Of a DNA stretch of 64,000 nucleotides, positions 39,896-55,209 are shown piece after piece. The stretch spans positions 65,472,001 through 65,536,000 of the forward strand of contig OX597822.1 of assembly GCA_951406725.2 (NCBI GenBank). The letters are read 5' to 3'. The translations under genes were made by a program, and so were the position numbers. Source of the stretch: Octopus vulgaris. Its lineage: Eukaryota. The first letter of the stretch is position 1. Each line of letters opens with the position of its first letter. Under the pieces are notes generated by a model. It did not search any database. It was not told the origin of the DNA and was given only the letters and a program-made list of their open reading frames with translations.

Positions 39896-40849
39896 CACAG
39901 ACATATTGATACAAATATATTTACACAGATATAACACGCACACGACTACATACAGGCATGCACGCGAACACAGCAATTCCCTGGCAAACAGACATTTAAA
40001 ACCATCAACTATAGATGCTTGACTAAACATTTCTTCTAAACACGCTCATCTCTGCTTTATTTTATCATGAATTGGTCATCTATTTTACTGCCATGTGGTC
40101 ATTTCGTGGAATACCACTCATCTACTGGACAGGCAATCACTGTGGAAAGCTTGCGTCCAGCAGCTGGCTAACAACTGTCCATTTTGCATCTTGCAGTAAT
40201 ACGAATTCTCCAGAATTACGCCGCTTGTAATAAATAGCGAAACAGCGAACAAGAATCGCAACGGCAATATAGTGCTTCTGACATCATGGCATCATTCTTA
40301 CTTGATTTTCAGAATAAGTTATCAGATCCATATTTCTTAAAAGCATTTCACGTATTTCTATGCGCTCCTGTTCTATACTCACACACACAAGCACATGTAC
40401 AAACACACACATACACACACGGCATTATGCTTCGTTGTGTGTTTGTGTGTTTGCGACCTTGGTATCTCGATAGTTATTATTTTATTTTTATTGGATTTTT
40501 GCTTTGATTTATATATTATTGTCTACATTTATGCTGCTTTTGCTTTCAGTGTAAAGGCCAAGCTTCCTTGTCCTATGAATGGCATGGGGGGAAGATATAA
40601 ACAGTTAACCTTGAGGCTATTCCATATATTTTCCCCAGCGCTTCCTGCAAATGGACAACGTCCCTTGGTTCATTACAGCCTTTAAAAGGTCCGGTTTGCA
40701 AAGATTAATTAACCTTGTCACACGTAGAACTCACATTCCAAAGACACAAACGAATAAAGAGGCAAACACGCCCCACAACATATAGACACATGGACAGGGA
40801 CACAAAATGTGCAAGTGTATGCAGATTTGTATATACGTTCACATCTCTC

Positions 40850-41560
<711 letters not shown>

Positions 41561-42512
41561 CTCGCATTTTCCTTACACATAAACACACACATGCACTCTC
41601 ACCCTGACACACACACATACACCCTCACCCTCAACCTCACACACAAACACACGCGCGCACATATATTTAGTGACAGAGGGAGAGAGAGAAAGAGAGAGAA
41701 AGAGAAAAAGAGAAAAATTAACACAGATAATGGCATTGCATAAATAGACAGCGGGTATGTTTTAAAAATGGTGACAACGAATAAGTTAATCATGTTTATC
41801 ATGAAACAAATAGCTGTTTAGGGGAACACACACACACATACACACACACACGCACACACACATACGCACACACAAATCCACATGTAGACGTGCACATATA
41901 TATACATCTGTGCATCCATCAATATATATATATATAAAGAGAGAGAGAGAGGAAGAGAGAAAGAAGCAGAGATGAGCAGATAAAGAGACAGTGAGAGACA
42001 GAGAGGAATACATACACATACTATCATTTGAGTTTAGCTCGTCTGGTAAAATACGTTTGCCATAATTTTATATCTGTGTTTATGACTGACATTAGTTATA
42101 TGGTTTTAGATTAATTCTCAGTAGTAATAATAATTGGGAATTACAACCGTGTTTCATGGTCTGCTACCACAACAGCTCCTTTATAAGATCCAGTTAGCTC
42201 AAGACATCATCAGGAGGAACCACGTCCGGTTTCGGCCCTACTCCTCTACCGTTTTGACGTGGCGGCACCCCGCTTTCGGAGGTGTCTTCAGCTCTGGTTT
42301 TGGGTGTGTGTCTTCTTTCTTCTGTTCCCTGGCCTCTTCGATGTATCGTCAGCGAGCGTCAGTCGGTGACTGACTGTCTTGTCAAATTTTTCCCTATAAA
42401 TTCCTGCCGCATAGGCTCCAGCAGGCAGCCCCAGCAAGTTATCACGTGACACTGTTTCACCTTAACTGACTAGTGATGGCGCGTAGTTTTAGCCCGCGCT
42501 TTTTCTAAATTC

Positions 42513-42564
<52 letters not shown>

Positions 42565-42598
42565 GATAATGATAATGATAATAATAATGATAATAATA

Positions 42599-42892
42599 AG
42601 GTATGCGATAAGGAAGAAAAAAAGTCGATAGCTATGACAAGTTACCTTGGGAGGGTAAGCAGTTGTGATCGATGAAAGTGGTACTAGTACCAATAATAGT
42701 CGGAGCCCTGAGTACAGCGAGTAAAAATCTTGAGAAGTACATGGAACAAATAGCCGCTGCAATAAGAGTGGAGCACTTGCAGAAAACAGCACTGCTTGGA
42801 ACAGCTGGAATACTCCAGGTGATGCTCGAAAATAAGGGGTTTTACCTTAGTTCACAGTAGTACATCTCCAGCATTAGAAGCTGTGCACATAC

Positions 42893-42953
<61 letters not shown>
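42599..42953 (+). mobile_element. R4/Dong-type non-LTR retrotransposon 3' end in (TAA)n
   Basis: ORF 42672-42860 VVLVPIIVGAL...LQKTALLGTAGIL matches the RLE C-terminus. Flanked by (TAA)n. Confidence 0.75.
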
Positions 42954-42985
<32 letters not shown>

Positions 42986-43002
42986 AAGAAGAAGAAGAAG
43001 AA

Positions 43003-43388
43003 TAGACAAAGTGTCTCTAAAAGAAATGGAGAAACTTTCAAAATACAAAGACCTGGATGTAACCAGAATGTGGAATCTAAAAACAGAAACAATCCTATCA
43101 TAGTATTTTTCAACAGATCTATCAATCTATCTATTTTTTTTCCTCTCCCCTTTTTTCCTCTTAGGCATGATAAAAAAATATTCAGACAAATACATAACAA
43201 AAACACCAGGACTTACAAACACATATAACATACAGAAAAGTGCACTACTAGGCACTGCACACATCCTACGCAGAACACTTTCCATAAAATAACCATCAGA
43301 GCATCACAGCAAATAACACATACCCAGGGCACACAGAGCTGCGCTCGGTAGTGAAGTGAAGTGAAAGCACGCTATAAAAATTAAACTA

Positions 43389-43458
<70 letters not shown>

Positions 43459-43503
43459 GTAATAATGATAATAATAATAATAATGATAATAATAATAATA
43501 ATG

Positions 43504-43567
<64 letters not shown>

Positions 43568-43577
43568 TAATAATAAC

Positions 43578-43612
<35 letters not shown>
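43003..43612 (+). mobile_element. Second R4/Dong-type 3' end with long (TAA)n tail
   Basis: Translation VSLKEMEKLSKYKDL..TRMWNLKTET...LGMIKKYSDKY...NIQKSALLGTAHILRRTLS*. The (TAA)n tail spans 43393-43612. Confidence 0.8.
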
Positions 43613-43615
<3 letters not shown>

Positions 43616-43888
43616 AAATAAAATGATTAATAAAAATATCGTTAGTAATATTATATCATCGTATTATATTATATCACATTATATTGTATTATGTTTATTA
43701 TAGATACACGCTTCATTTAATTTATGAATATGATCACAACTGTTATATAAACAGCGAGTGAAACTCAGGGTAACAGTCTGTGAAGATTACTTTCGGCTCT
43801 AGGAAAAAATTACGATATTCTATCTTTAGTATTCGTGTACAAATTTTTCTACCTTAATTTGCACCTATGTACATATTTGTTCGTATAC

Positions 43889-43924
<36 letters not shown>

Positions 43925-44023
43925 ACATATGTATATGTATATTGTATGTGGTGAGTGATGATTTAAAGTCTGTTTCTCAGCATATTGGCATAGCATTTTC
44001 TTCTGTTGTCCTTATATATAATT

Positions 44024-44100
<77 letters not shown>

Positions 44101-44205
44101 TATATATATATATACATATAAATGTATGTATATATATGTATATATATATATATAAATGTATATATGTATGTATATATATTTATATTCCCCTATATATTTA
44201 TATGA

Positions 44206-44255
<50 letters not shown>

Positions 44256-45027
44256 CATATAGATAGATAGATAGATAGATAGATAGAATGATAGAGAGAT
44301 ATAGATATGTATATTTCAGTGTGTGTGCGTGTCCATTTTAGTGTATACATATATTCATATATCGATTCATATAAGTGTATATAAGTGCGTAATTATACAA
44401 AGATAGAAAGGCCAATTAGAGAGAAAGTGAGAGAGAGAGAGAAAAAGAGAGAGACAAAGGGATACATATATATATAAAGAGAGCGGGTTAGATAGATAGA
44501 AAGTGAGAGTGGGAGAGAAGATGACAAATATGAATATAGATAGAAATATATATACAATGCTCTGCTAGAAACCTAGCAATATAATAGTGGACAAAATTGG
44601 GAAACAAGAGGAAAAGATATACGCTGAAACTCTACACGCATTCATACATGCGCAGTCAACATTCGGCACCACAATACAGTCGCAATATAGCCGGAAGCTG
44701 GTTGGCATGATTTATATTAGCGATGGCAATTCACTCGACAATTGGTCGGAAGAGGTAGGAGATTAATAGGCGCACCAAATAACTTCATCAGCAACAAATA
44801 CACACACACGCATGTATATATATACATACATATATACACACGTGTATGCCCGTGTATATATATATATTTATAATGTGTGTATATATATATATAGATGTAT
44901 GTATATATATATATATGTAAATCTGTATGCATATACATATGTATATATACATGTATATATACATATATGTATATATGTATATATATATACATACCTATAT
45001 ATATATATGTACATACATATATACATT

Positions 45028-45069
<42 letters not shown>

Positions 45070-45251
45070 TACATACACACATATATACACACACACATAT
45101 AGACAAACACATATATATATACATACACATATACGTGTATATTGGTATACTTATATACTATCTAAGTCCATTAAGCATTCATACATAGGTGTGTGTATAT
45201 GTAATTTATATAATTTTCAAATTTATTTGAATGCGTGTGTATTTGTGTGTA

Positions 45252-45283
<32 letters not shown>

Positions 45284-45739
45284 TGTGTTCGTGTGAGTTC
45301 GTGTGTGTTTTTGTGTTTGTGTGTGCCTGTATGACTGTGTATGAATAAACCATTAAGTCATTCGGATGGCAATCTATTCATTCCCTATCAATTGGCATGA
45401 GCGTTCTGTTATCTCTCAGAATGGATCATACAATTGGATATCAATTAATGCTGCTGAAGGCGCATGCACTTTAACTTCGTGCTGCTCACACCCTTCGGGT
45501 ATATAGTCTATACGTGTGTGTGTGTGTGTGTGTGTATGTGTGTAGTTAAGAAACATTATGAAGGGACTTGTTATCCTGGTCGACACCTCTGGTCCACTAT
45601 AACAAATTAAAAGCTTATCTGTTACAATTTTCATCGTTGGCTTAAATCAGTTTATATTTCTATTTATCGTGTAATATAAATTGATATGATATATAGATTC
45701 AGGAATATATACACACTGGTGTGTGTATATATTCTTTGG

Positions 45740-45973
45740 TTCTTTTACTCTTTTAATTGTTTCGGTCATCTGACTGCGGCCATGCTGGATCACCGTCTTT
45801 AGTTGAACTCCAGGAGTTATAGACTCCAGGAGTTATTCTTTGTAAGCCTAGTATTCTATCCATCTTTTTTGCCCAAACACTAGATTACGAGAACGTAAAC
45901 ACACCAATATCGGTTGTCAAGCGAAGGACGGGGAAGAAACACAGACAGACAAACACACACGTATATATATACA

Positions 45974-46012
<39 letters not shown>

Positions 46013-46100
46013 TGCGGGGGGAGGAGAATTCACAAAAAACAAGACGAAGACAGGTGATTTAGACAACAAACATATGTATTAGTTTAACATACGACGGGCT
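45740..46100 (-). mobile_element. SINE family A 3' part, with a short insert (about 46011-46088) in its TA tract
   Basis: Family A tail and body. The ACGACGGGCT continuation resumes after the insert. Confidence 0.75.
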
Positions 46101-46141
46101 ACAAATGCAGGAGAAAGGCGAAATGGCAGAAGCATTTCTAA

Positions 46142-46640
46142 GGTGGTGAGCTGGCAGAAACATTAGCACGCCGGGCGAAATGCGTAGCCGTATTTCATCT
46201 GCCGTTATGTTCTGAGTTCAAATTCCGCCGAGGTCAACTTTGCCTTTCATCTTTTCGGGGTCGATTAAATTAAGTACCAGTTACTCACTGGGGTCGATAT
46301 AGTCGACTTAATCCGTTTGTCTGTCCTTGTTTGTCCCCACTGTGTTTAGCCCCTTGTGGGTAGTAAAGAAATAGGTATTTCGTCTGCCGCTACGTTTTGA
46401 GTTTAAATTCCGCCGAGGTGGACTTTGCCTTTCAGCCTTTTGGGGTCGATAAATTAAGTACCAGTTGCGTACTAAGGTCGACCTAATCAACTGGTCCCCT
46501 CCCCAAAATTTCGGGCTTTGTGCCTAGAGAAGAATAGAATTATCAACTTTTATTCTGACATTACGTTCTTAGTTCGAATGTTTCCGGATTCGAAGTTACC
46601 ATTAAAGTACTGGTGTCGATGTAATCGACTTACCCACAAC
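46142..46640 (+). mobile_element. SINE family D multimer
   Basis: Head plus two body units plus a fragment. Confidence 0.85.
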
Positions 46641-46859
46641 TACGAAATTGCAGCCCATTTTCCAACAATGCAGCAACCGTCCACAACCTCAGTATTGTAG
46701 AAGCGCTATATATGTCGTTGATAATGCTTATTACACTAACGCTGTCTATATTTCATACTTGAATTTATTCTTACGTATGAATTGTCCGGGCATACCCACA
46801 CATAGTTTGTATATGAATTGTTGTTGTTGGCATCATTTTGTCTCAAGAGACAATGGAGT

Positions 46860-47234
46860 TGCGCATAAACTAATCCAGTCTGGTTTTTACATTTCATGTC
46901 CTCTCCAGTTTTGCGCAGGCCTGGGCTAAATGTAAGAAAATCCTGGGTAGCCCAATCGTCAAGATTCCTCTCTCGACCTTGCTGATGTAGTCCAAAGGTG
47001 TGCAGAGCATTACGTTTGGCACCAGCTTGGTTGCAGGGCTGCCGGAAGAGTATCAAATCGAACACTACACCGCCTATTGAGCACCACTCCGGATTTTTTT
47101 TAAGGTTGTCTCCTTTCCGTAACCCTTAATAGGGGCCCATACCGGGTACTGTCAGCGAGAGTCAGCTGAGCCCGGGACTCGTGGCAGGCAGGGTCGTAAC
47201 TCTCTGAAGTAGTGAAGAACATCGCTACCCACTA

Positions 47235-47236
<2 letters not shown>
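46860..47236 (-). repeat. Unclassified GC-richer repeat, possibly a LINE 5' UTR
   Basis: Abrupt rise in GC that ends at a (TA)n tract. No recognisable coding motif. Confidence 0.3.
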
Positions 47237-47285
<49 letters not shown>

Positions 47286-47419
47286 GAGCAAGACGCCCCT
47301 ACCCCGTCCAATGGAGGGTACTGAGTTGACAAACATTTAAACCAAATTTTCTAAAAACAACTTGTCTTACCGTCCCATAGGCCTCCCCTTTGAGAAACAC
47401 TGGTTTAACCTAAAAAGAC

Positions 47420-47655
47420 GGATTTCGACTGCAAAAGACGGATTTCGACTGATGTACTTGCGCGTACAAATGCACTTTCCTACGGCTTTATAGATCACTT
47501 TCCCACTTGGAATCGATTTTTGTAATTTTTAAAGACTTATGCACGCCCTGATACCGTCGGTATCTACATATCAAATTTGAGCGCAATCGGATGGAGGATA
47601 CCCGAGATCCTAGAAGACACACACACAGACACAGAACGATTTTATATAATATAAT
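47420..47655 (-). mobile_element. Helitron-like 5' fragment
   Basis: Minus strand TATTATATAAAATCG-TTCTGTGTCTGTGTG...CCGATTGCGCTCAAATTTG resembles non-autonomous Helitron heads and the start of 9430. Confidence 0.45.
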
Positions 47656-47758
47656 ATATATATATGTGTATATATATATATATATATAATATATATATAT
47701 ATGTATATATAAACATGCGTATTTGATATATGTATATACATGTATATATATATGTATA

Positions 47759-47847
<89 letters not shown>

Positions 47848-49867
47848 TTATGTATGTATTTATGTATGCATGTATGTATGTATTATATGCCATTTGTTCT
47901 AACTCTATTTTTGTCGTAAGTTTGAAAATTTCTGTTTAAATCTAATTAGAAATGTTCAGCTGCTGGATATTTTTTCATGTGATATCATTCAAATTCGTAC
48001 TAGAATTTCCTATACATACGGAATAAATATCATTGTATAAAGAAATTAGTAATCCATATCATTTCTCTGCATTATCACGTGTACTTTATACCACTGCAAC
48101 ACCGTGTGTAGTGAAGTTGTATGCACTCGATCCTACTGTGTCTACTAAAAATTTAGTACCGGTATTCTTTGTAAGTCTTGCATTTGGCTCTTAACACAGT
48201 CAGCGAAAAAAATATTCTGTATGTCATGGGAATGGAAGGTTGAAATGAACATTGGATCAGCGTTTTGAAACTAATTACTGATTTACATAGATGTAGCGGT
48301 ACTTGTAGTTAAATGAAATGTAAACGAAAGGAAATAGCTGAATTTATTTCTTGGGGGATAATTTCTTTTAGGATCCACTATTGACTCCTGCAAATATCCC
48401 TCTATCTTTTGTCTGTTGGTTTCTTTGAGCAAATGTGGAGAAAACGGGTGGAAAGTGATCGGTCACAAAATAGGAAACGCAACACGAATGAAACCAATCA
48501 ATTTAACTTGAAGTGCTTACTTTCCAGAAACTGTGGACTGACTGAAATCTAATTGATGACTTCTAAAAGTGCACTTGAATTAATCCATATGAAACCACGT
48601 TACAAACTGCATTGAAGATGACAAACTCATTATTCTCTAAGTAGCGTCTCTATTAAGTAGTCTACTTACAACCAAGTGAAGTAATTGTTATTCACGAAAC
48701 AACAATTGATATGTAACAACGCCATTGATATATGTAAGCCGTAGTTGTGTGCAACAGTAGAAGTAAAATGGTAACAGTATCGCCTTACATCCGGGCATAA
48801 ATGGAAACCAGATGATGTCATCTTCGGACATATTGAAATATGGTCTAAATGCTACAACTCGTTAACAATCAGAATTTATATAGCTCGCTTTTTTCCAGAG
48901 ACACTGACAATTTCTCTGGTAATTTGTGAGCTTGTTTTGCTAGCATGCTTCAGCTATGGCGTCATCCATACGAAATTTTCTCTTCTCCAATTCCCTCTTT
49001 TATTTCATTACTCTTTCACAGTTCTCATAATTCTTCATATTCTTTATTCACATCGGTCCTATTTTACCAGCTCTTTTAAACTCTTATTCCCCTTCCTCTT
49101 TAAACGATTCCTTGTTTGCTTCTTCCATTTCTTTTCTGCCATCCTCTTTACATACCGTTCAATTTGACTCGCCTCTCACAAAAAATTATTTCTTACCTCA
49201 TTCTCTTTCATTTCCAAGCAGGTCTTTAGACTTTATCGTTCATTTGAGAATCAGTTCATTATTATTTGTTGAATACGTAGTTAGACTTTTCTTTTGCGCT
49301 ACCTTTCCAAATTTTAAAATAGAAATCAACATACATGTTAAAATACTCGCTTGAATCATATATATACATCACATGTGGATTGAATAGCTATGAGTGTAAC
49401 ACAAAACAATCATAAGCCACAATATTCAGCACTGCGTAAGTATATCTAATAAATAATTGTTTTTATGAATAATATTACTGTAGCGCATCTTTAACGTCCC
49501 CCTTCATTTATCCATGGTGTAGATGGTTAGTGAATACAGTGAGTGAATAAGAATTTATAATTAAGTTCGTTATAATACAGTTACACGTACAAATCCCATT
49601 GACATTGACCGTTATCTACTGCAATCTGTAAAATGAGAATATTTATATTTTGTGGAACATCTAATTGTTCATGATTTCCTCGTTTAAAATTTAACTTGAA
49701 TGTACTATAAGTATTTTATTCGTTATCTTATATTTCTAATTATAATACTTATTATAAAATAGTGTGCCTTGTTAAAAACTGGAGTTTGTCTGAGCGTCTG
49801 TAGATTCCAAAAGGTGTATGACAATGTTACAAATATTATTAAGTATTATTATATTAAACTAAGGATA

Positions 49868-50710
49868 GGCGGCGAGCTGGCAGAATTGTTAGCACGTCGG
49901 GTGAAATGCGTAGCCGTATTTCGTCTGCCGTTACGTTCTGAGTTCAAATTCCGCCAAGGTCGACTTTGCCTTTCATCCTTTCGGGGCCGATAAATTAAGT
50001 ACATGTTACGCACTGGGGTCGGTGCAATCGACTTATTCCGTTTGTCTGTCCTCGTTTGACCTCTCTGTGTTTAGTCCCTTGTGGGTAGTAAAGAAATAGG
50101 TATTTCGTCTGCGGCTACGTTTTGAGTTCAAATTCCGCCCAGGATGATTTTGCCTTTCATCCTTTCGTGTTCGATAAATTAAGTACCAGTGAAACACTGG
50201 GTTTAATGTAAACGACTAGTGCCCTCTCCACAAATTTCTTGCCTTGTATCTATATTAGAAAGGATTATTAAGGCGGCGAGCTGGCAGAATCGTTAGTACA
50301 CTGGGTGAAATGCTTTGCGGCATTTCATCTGTCTTCACATTCTGTGTTCAAATTCCGCCGAGGTCGACTTTGCCTTGCATTCACTCGAGCTCAATGAAAA
50401 CAGCTACCAGTTGAAAACTGGGGATTGATGTAATCGCCTTGCCTCAGCTCCCGTTATTGCTGGCCAGGTGCCAAAATTTGAAATCATTACTAGACGGCGA
50501 GCTGACAAAATCGTTAAAAGGTAGGGCAAAATTCTAATGGGTATTTCGTCCGTCTTGACGTTCTGAGTTCAAATTCCGCCTTGGTCGACTTCACCTTTCA
50601 TCCTGTTGGAGTCGATAAAATAAATACAACCTGAGACCTGGGGTCGATGTAATTGGCGTATCCCCTCCCCAGAAACTGCTGATATTGTGCTAACATTTGG
50701 AACCATTATT
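49868..50710 (+). mobile_element. Tandem series of SINE family D copies
   Basis: Heads at about 49868, 50271 and 50495. Confidence 0.85.
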
Positions 50711-51032
50711 AAGTATTATTTTCAAAGACCGATGTGTGGATTAAAGCTAAAGCTTCGGGAAAATCCATCTCTGCATTTGTTACTGTTCTTTACTTTCTCA
50801 TTTCAAATCCAGCTGAGTTTTTAACTTAATAAAATACCGTATCAAGAATATATGTAGACATAATCGACTGTTTTCTTACTTTAAAGAAGAATTAAGTGCA
50901 ATTTAGTAAATATGTAAACAGTTTTTCATGGGTAAAAAACGTGTTCTTATTGATTGAGACTCCCATAACAAGATTTATGATGTTGCTGATTTATTAACGA
51001 TGTTATATATAACTAGATAATATAGTATTAGA

Positions 51033-51335
51033 TAATATATTATTTATTTATGCGCACTTTTCAAGCCTTTTCCCGGTTTCTATGGCATATGTGTTCCTCC
51101 CAGCTGGACGGGACGTCAGTCCATCGCAGCGTTACTCAAGAAACAGGAAGAAAGAGTGAGAGAAAGTTGGGTGGAAGAGCACAACAGGGGTCGCCACCAC
51201 TCCCTGTCGGAGACTCGTAGAGCTTTAGGTGTTTTCACTCAATAAACACACACAACGCCCGGTCTGGGAATCGAAACCGCGATTCTCCGACCGTAAGTCT
51301 GCTGCCCTAACCACTGGGCCATTGTGCCTCCACAT
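51033..51335 (-). mobile_element. SINE family C with 19-bp TSD
   Basis: TAGATAATATAGTATTAGA at 51014-51032 and 51336-51354. Confidence 0.9.
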
Positions 51336-51955
51336 TAGATAATATAGTATTAGAAAAATAACGTTTGCAGGGTAGGGTGGCATGTTCGTGACTGGACCAT
51401 CTTTGATCATGTTTCTGCCCAAGAAGTTATGATATGGGGCTAAAAAAACAACAACGAAGACAACGATGGTAATGACATCTCTCGACTCCCTTAGCTTTCA
51501 ATAGTGGGTTTAGTAAAAGCAGCCTTTAGTAGCAGAGAAGTTTTGAAACCGCTTCGTAGCAAAGAGATTTTGCAACCAGCTCTTATATTTTAAGACAGGA
51601 AAGATAAACGTGCAATAGTCTCAGTGCTTGACATTTTTGTCCAGTAGCTGAGTGTTCAACCTATGAGAGAGCGATAAATCTTTGCCTGGGTAGAATATAT
51701 TTCCGTGAGTTAGAAGTTGAAATGAGACATAACTCTCTTTTTACTCTTTACTCTTTTATTTATTTCAGTTATTGGACTGCGGCCATGCTAGAGCACCGCC
51801 TTTAGTCGAGCAAATCGACGCCAGGACTTATTCTTTGTAAGCCTATTACTTACTGTATCAGTCTCTTTTTCCGAACCGCTAGGTTACGGGGATGTAAACA
51901 CACCAGCATCGGTTGTCAAGCGATGTTGGGTTGGCGAACAAACAGAGACACACAA

Positions 51956-52000
<45 letters not shown>

Positions 52001-52141
52001 CGACGTGCTTCTTTCAGTTTCCTTCTACCAAATCCACTCACAAGGCTTTGGTCTGCCTGAGGCTATAATAGAAGACTGTTGCCCAAGGTACCACGCAGTG
52101 GGACTGAACCCGGCACCATATGGTTTGTAAGCAAGCTACTT

Positions 52142-54158
52142 TATTTTATTAAATTTGACATAAAGGCAGTACATAGAGTAAGGTAGCTTGCGGGCTGGAC
52201 ACGGACATTAACGAGATGAATGATAATGATACAAGGATGATAAGGATGGGAGAAGACGAAAAGCGCCCGCCGACTTTTGCTTCTCTAAAACATTGTTTTT
52301 TTTAAAAAACACTGAATGAGGTGGTTAACCCTCTTGCAATTTTATAAAAAGTCCGTTACAAATATAAACAATTTAATAAGGCGATAAACCTATTACACAA
52401 ATGAGTCCCCAATCAATTTTCTTGCCTCCTGCAGGCATTCCTACAGCCGCAAGTTGGGGGCCAATAAATAGGGTCTATACCATTCCTTTGAGAAGGAGTT
52501 CATTATATAATAGAAGTTCCTTTCTTCTAGTACCAGTGCAGCCACCTGCGGAGGCCACTCTGGAATACATGTCGGGTCTAAAAGGTCCCGACTATTAAAG
52601 GGACTTTCTATAAAATTCTTTATTACCCCTCCCCTGAGAAAGACAATCACATATTCTTCAAAATTTCCATTGGAAGGGACCTTCCCCCCCCCCTCCGGTG
52701 GCACATGTCCCACCGAAGGGGTTTCTGGACATGCCGCCAGTGCACCAGCAACCGCCGTAATGCCCCGTTTTTCTTCTTCCGTTTTCTTTCCCTTTACAAC
52801 GAGAGGTTGGATTTCCTCCGTCATCTTCGGAAGTCCTTCCTTCCCTTTCTCAGGATCTACTTGTGGGCAACCACTGGTTGCCCACCTTCTTTCTTTTCTT
52901 TCCATTTGTTTTCGGGGAGGTTACCTCCTCTTTGACTTTCTCTTCTCCCTCCGTTAGAGAATTAGGAGCCTCTCTTGGGGGAACAGAAATATTTTCTGTT
53001 AACTACTCCATTACCCTTGCTTGGTTCCTGGAGCAGTTCTTCTTTATATGTTCCGATTCCAGGCACAGATGAATCACCGGATACCTAGAACCGGCCATCT
53101 TTAGGAAATCTGGAAAAACCAGATCTTTGGCTGATTGGGTCCATAGGATCAAAATTGCTTTCGACCCCACCCAATCAGCCGCCGGCAGGAATTTGAAATT
53201 CAAAAGCTTAGCAGTGCTGCCATCCAGACCCCGATGGATACTGTCCTCTATCCAATCGGGCTCTATACCGGGTGGTAGCATCCAAGCTCTTGTTATTGTC
53301 CTCTCTTCATACATGGGGAGAAGCAAAATTTTCTCCCCTTGTAGTGGTTTGCTTGCAAAATCACGAGCTTCTGCAGGGGTGTCGAACAGCATACACACGG
53401 TTGCGTACTTCACACCCATTTGGATGAATCTAATAGTTGGCAGATAATCTGCCAACTCCTTCTCTATGTCTGTCTGAGAGAAGACAGTGATGGTGACGAG
53501 AACCATAGACTAGGTCCTTAACACCACCGTTCTCTCAGTATCTTTTTTTAACCGTTCTTTGGGGGTCACAACTTGCCAATCCAAAGCGGTTTTCTTTGTT
53601 GCCATTTTTTAAAAATCAAAGAAAATACAATGTTCCACAAACAAAAGTCGAAAAATGTTCAAATAAAAGTCAATGAAAAACACAAAGAAAGACAGAAGAG
53701 AGAAGAAAGAACGAAGGAAGACAGTTCAACTGGCAACACAATTCAGCTACTCAGGTAATCCACAAATAGCAGTTCTCTATCGCAGCACAAAAATTCCAAT
53801 CTTTATCAAGTTCTCGCCGTCTCCGCACTCCTTGCCTGAATGGTAAATCCTCCTTGTCAAGAGCACAAACACAGTCACAGAAACATTTTCACAATTTTTG
53901 GAGGAGATACGCCCCCTCAAAAAACACAATTCTCACTACAAAGTGAGTCTTTTTTCACGACCACAGGCAGGCAAATGTCTGGAACCCAGTGGAGACCTTT
54001 GCTCGTCAAAAATTATTAATTACAAAACAACGGACTTCACTAAGCTCCCTCCCCCCAAAAAACAAACGCCTTATCTGTAGTCGTGCTTCAATTTCCTAAT
54101 ACTTCAACGTCGAACGACGTGACTTCCAAGCGTGAAAAAACGCGAAATCTTCAGTAAA
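52142..54158 (-). mobile_element. ORF1-only (gag-like) non-LTR retroelement, L1/Tx1-like derivative, with 15-bp TSD
   Basis: TSD GTAAGCAAGCTACTT at 52127-52141 and 54159-54173. A-rich 3' end on the minus strand. No RT or endonuclease motifs found. Confidence 0.75.
52441..53605 (-). pseudogene. Disrupted ORF1/gag-like protein with remnant CCHC zinc knuckle
   Basis: ATG at 53605 (MATKKTALDWQVVT...) with an in-frame TAG before ORF 53506-53003. HLCLESEHIKKNC is Cx2Cx4Hx4C lacking the first Cys. A K/E-rich tail continues in a shifted frame (52905-52441). Confidence 0.65.
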
Positions 54159-55161
54159 GTAAGCAAGCTACTTACCACACAGTCACTCCTGCGCCTAGAG
54201 TTCTCTCAAAACAAAAAAAAGAAAGAAAAAGAATAAAATAAAGAATCGAAACACTTAGAGTGGATTCGAACTCCAATAGCGTAACATAGTAATCTTATTA
54301 AAGAGGCACCGATTACCTTCCCTTTACGATTTAGATATTTAATATTTATTGGCTAGCCTTTTATTTTTTCTCTCTTCAATCTCTAGGTGGAGGATTTACC
54401 CTTTCCATATTTATTTCCTTGTATAGGTTTCTTCCTTATCTTCCACCAAAAATGGCGTTTTGTTATGACTGAAAGCCTTATTTCACACATTTTACGAGTA
54501 TATTTCTATTTTCGCTTAGTTTCTTTGTTTATTGTATCTTTGTGCACTTCATACACTGTTTCGTTCGAATCTTTTAAGGTTAATAATTAAACAAAGCAGA
54601 TATGTAATGATAGGGAAACAGGAAGTAGAAACATGAGAAGAGTACGAAACAGATTCACATTAATATATAAAGAGAGAAACAGAAGCAGAGACTGAAGAGT
54701 AACGGTAGAGAGGAAAATCGAGAGACGAAAAGACCAGAGAAAGACAGAAGGGAATAATAGGATGAGATTAAAACACAGAGAGAAAAATAAATAAATGAAA
54801 CGAGCAAATTTTAGGTGGAGTGCTAACAGATAAAGGAGGGAACGGTAATGCAGGGTCATATAATATTAATGGAAGGAGATATGTATAATGAGGTTTTAAG
54901 AAAAGGCAAATGTATTAGATAGTTTCTGTGTACATATGTGTGAATATATGTAGTTATGTATGTATGTTTGTATACATATATGTTTGTGTACATATATGTA
55001 TATATATATATATATATATGAGTGTTTGTGTGTGTGTACGTATGTAAATGTATACTTAAGCACACATATACATGTGGATATGTAAAAGGAAAGTTAGGTG
55101 GACAGTGGGTCAGAGATATGCATTCTTTTCAATTTCTCATTATACATACACACACGGACAG

Positions 55162-55208
<47 letters not shown>

Positions 55209-55209
<1 letters not shown>

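Larger units (their letters stand above)
51731..54195 (-). mobile_element. SINE family A split by a 2-kb insertion
   Basis: Body at 51731-52141 and head remainder at 54159-54195. Confidence 0.9.

Noticed and set aside
40110-40290. Non-repetitive stretch with open frames on the minus strand (possible exon)
   Set aside because: No convincing splice sites or recognisable domain.
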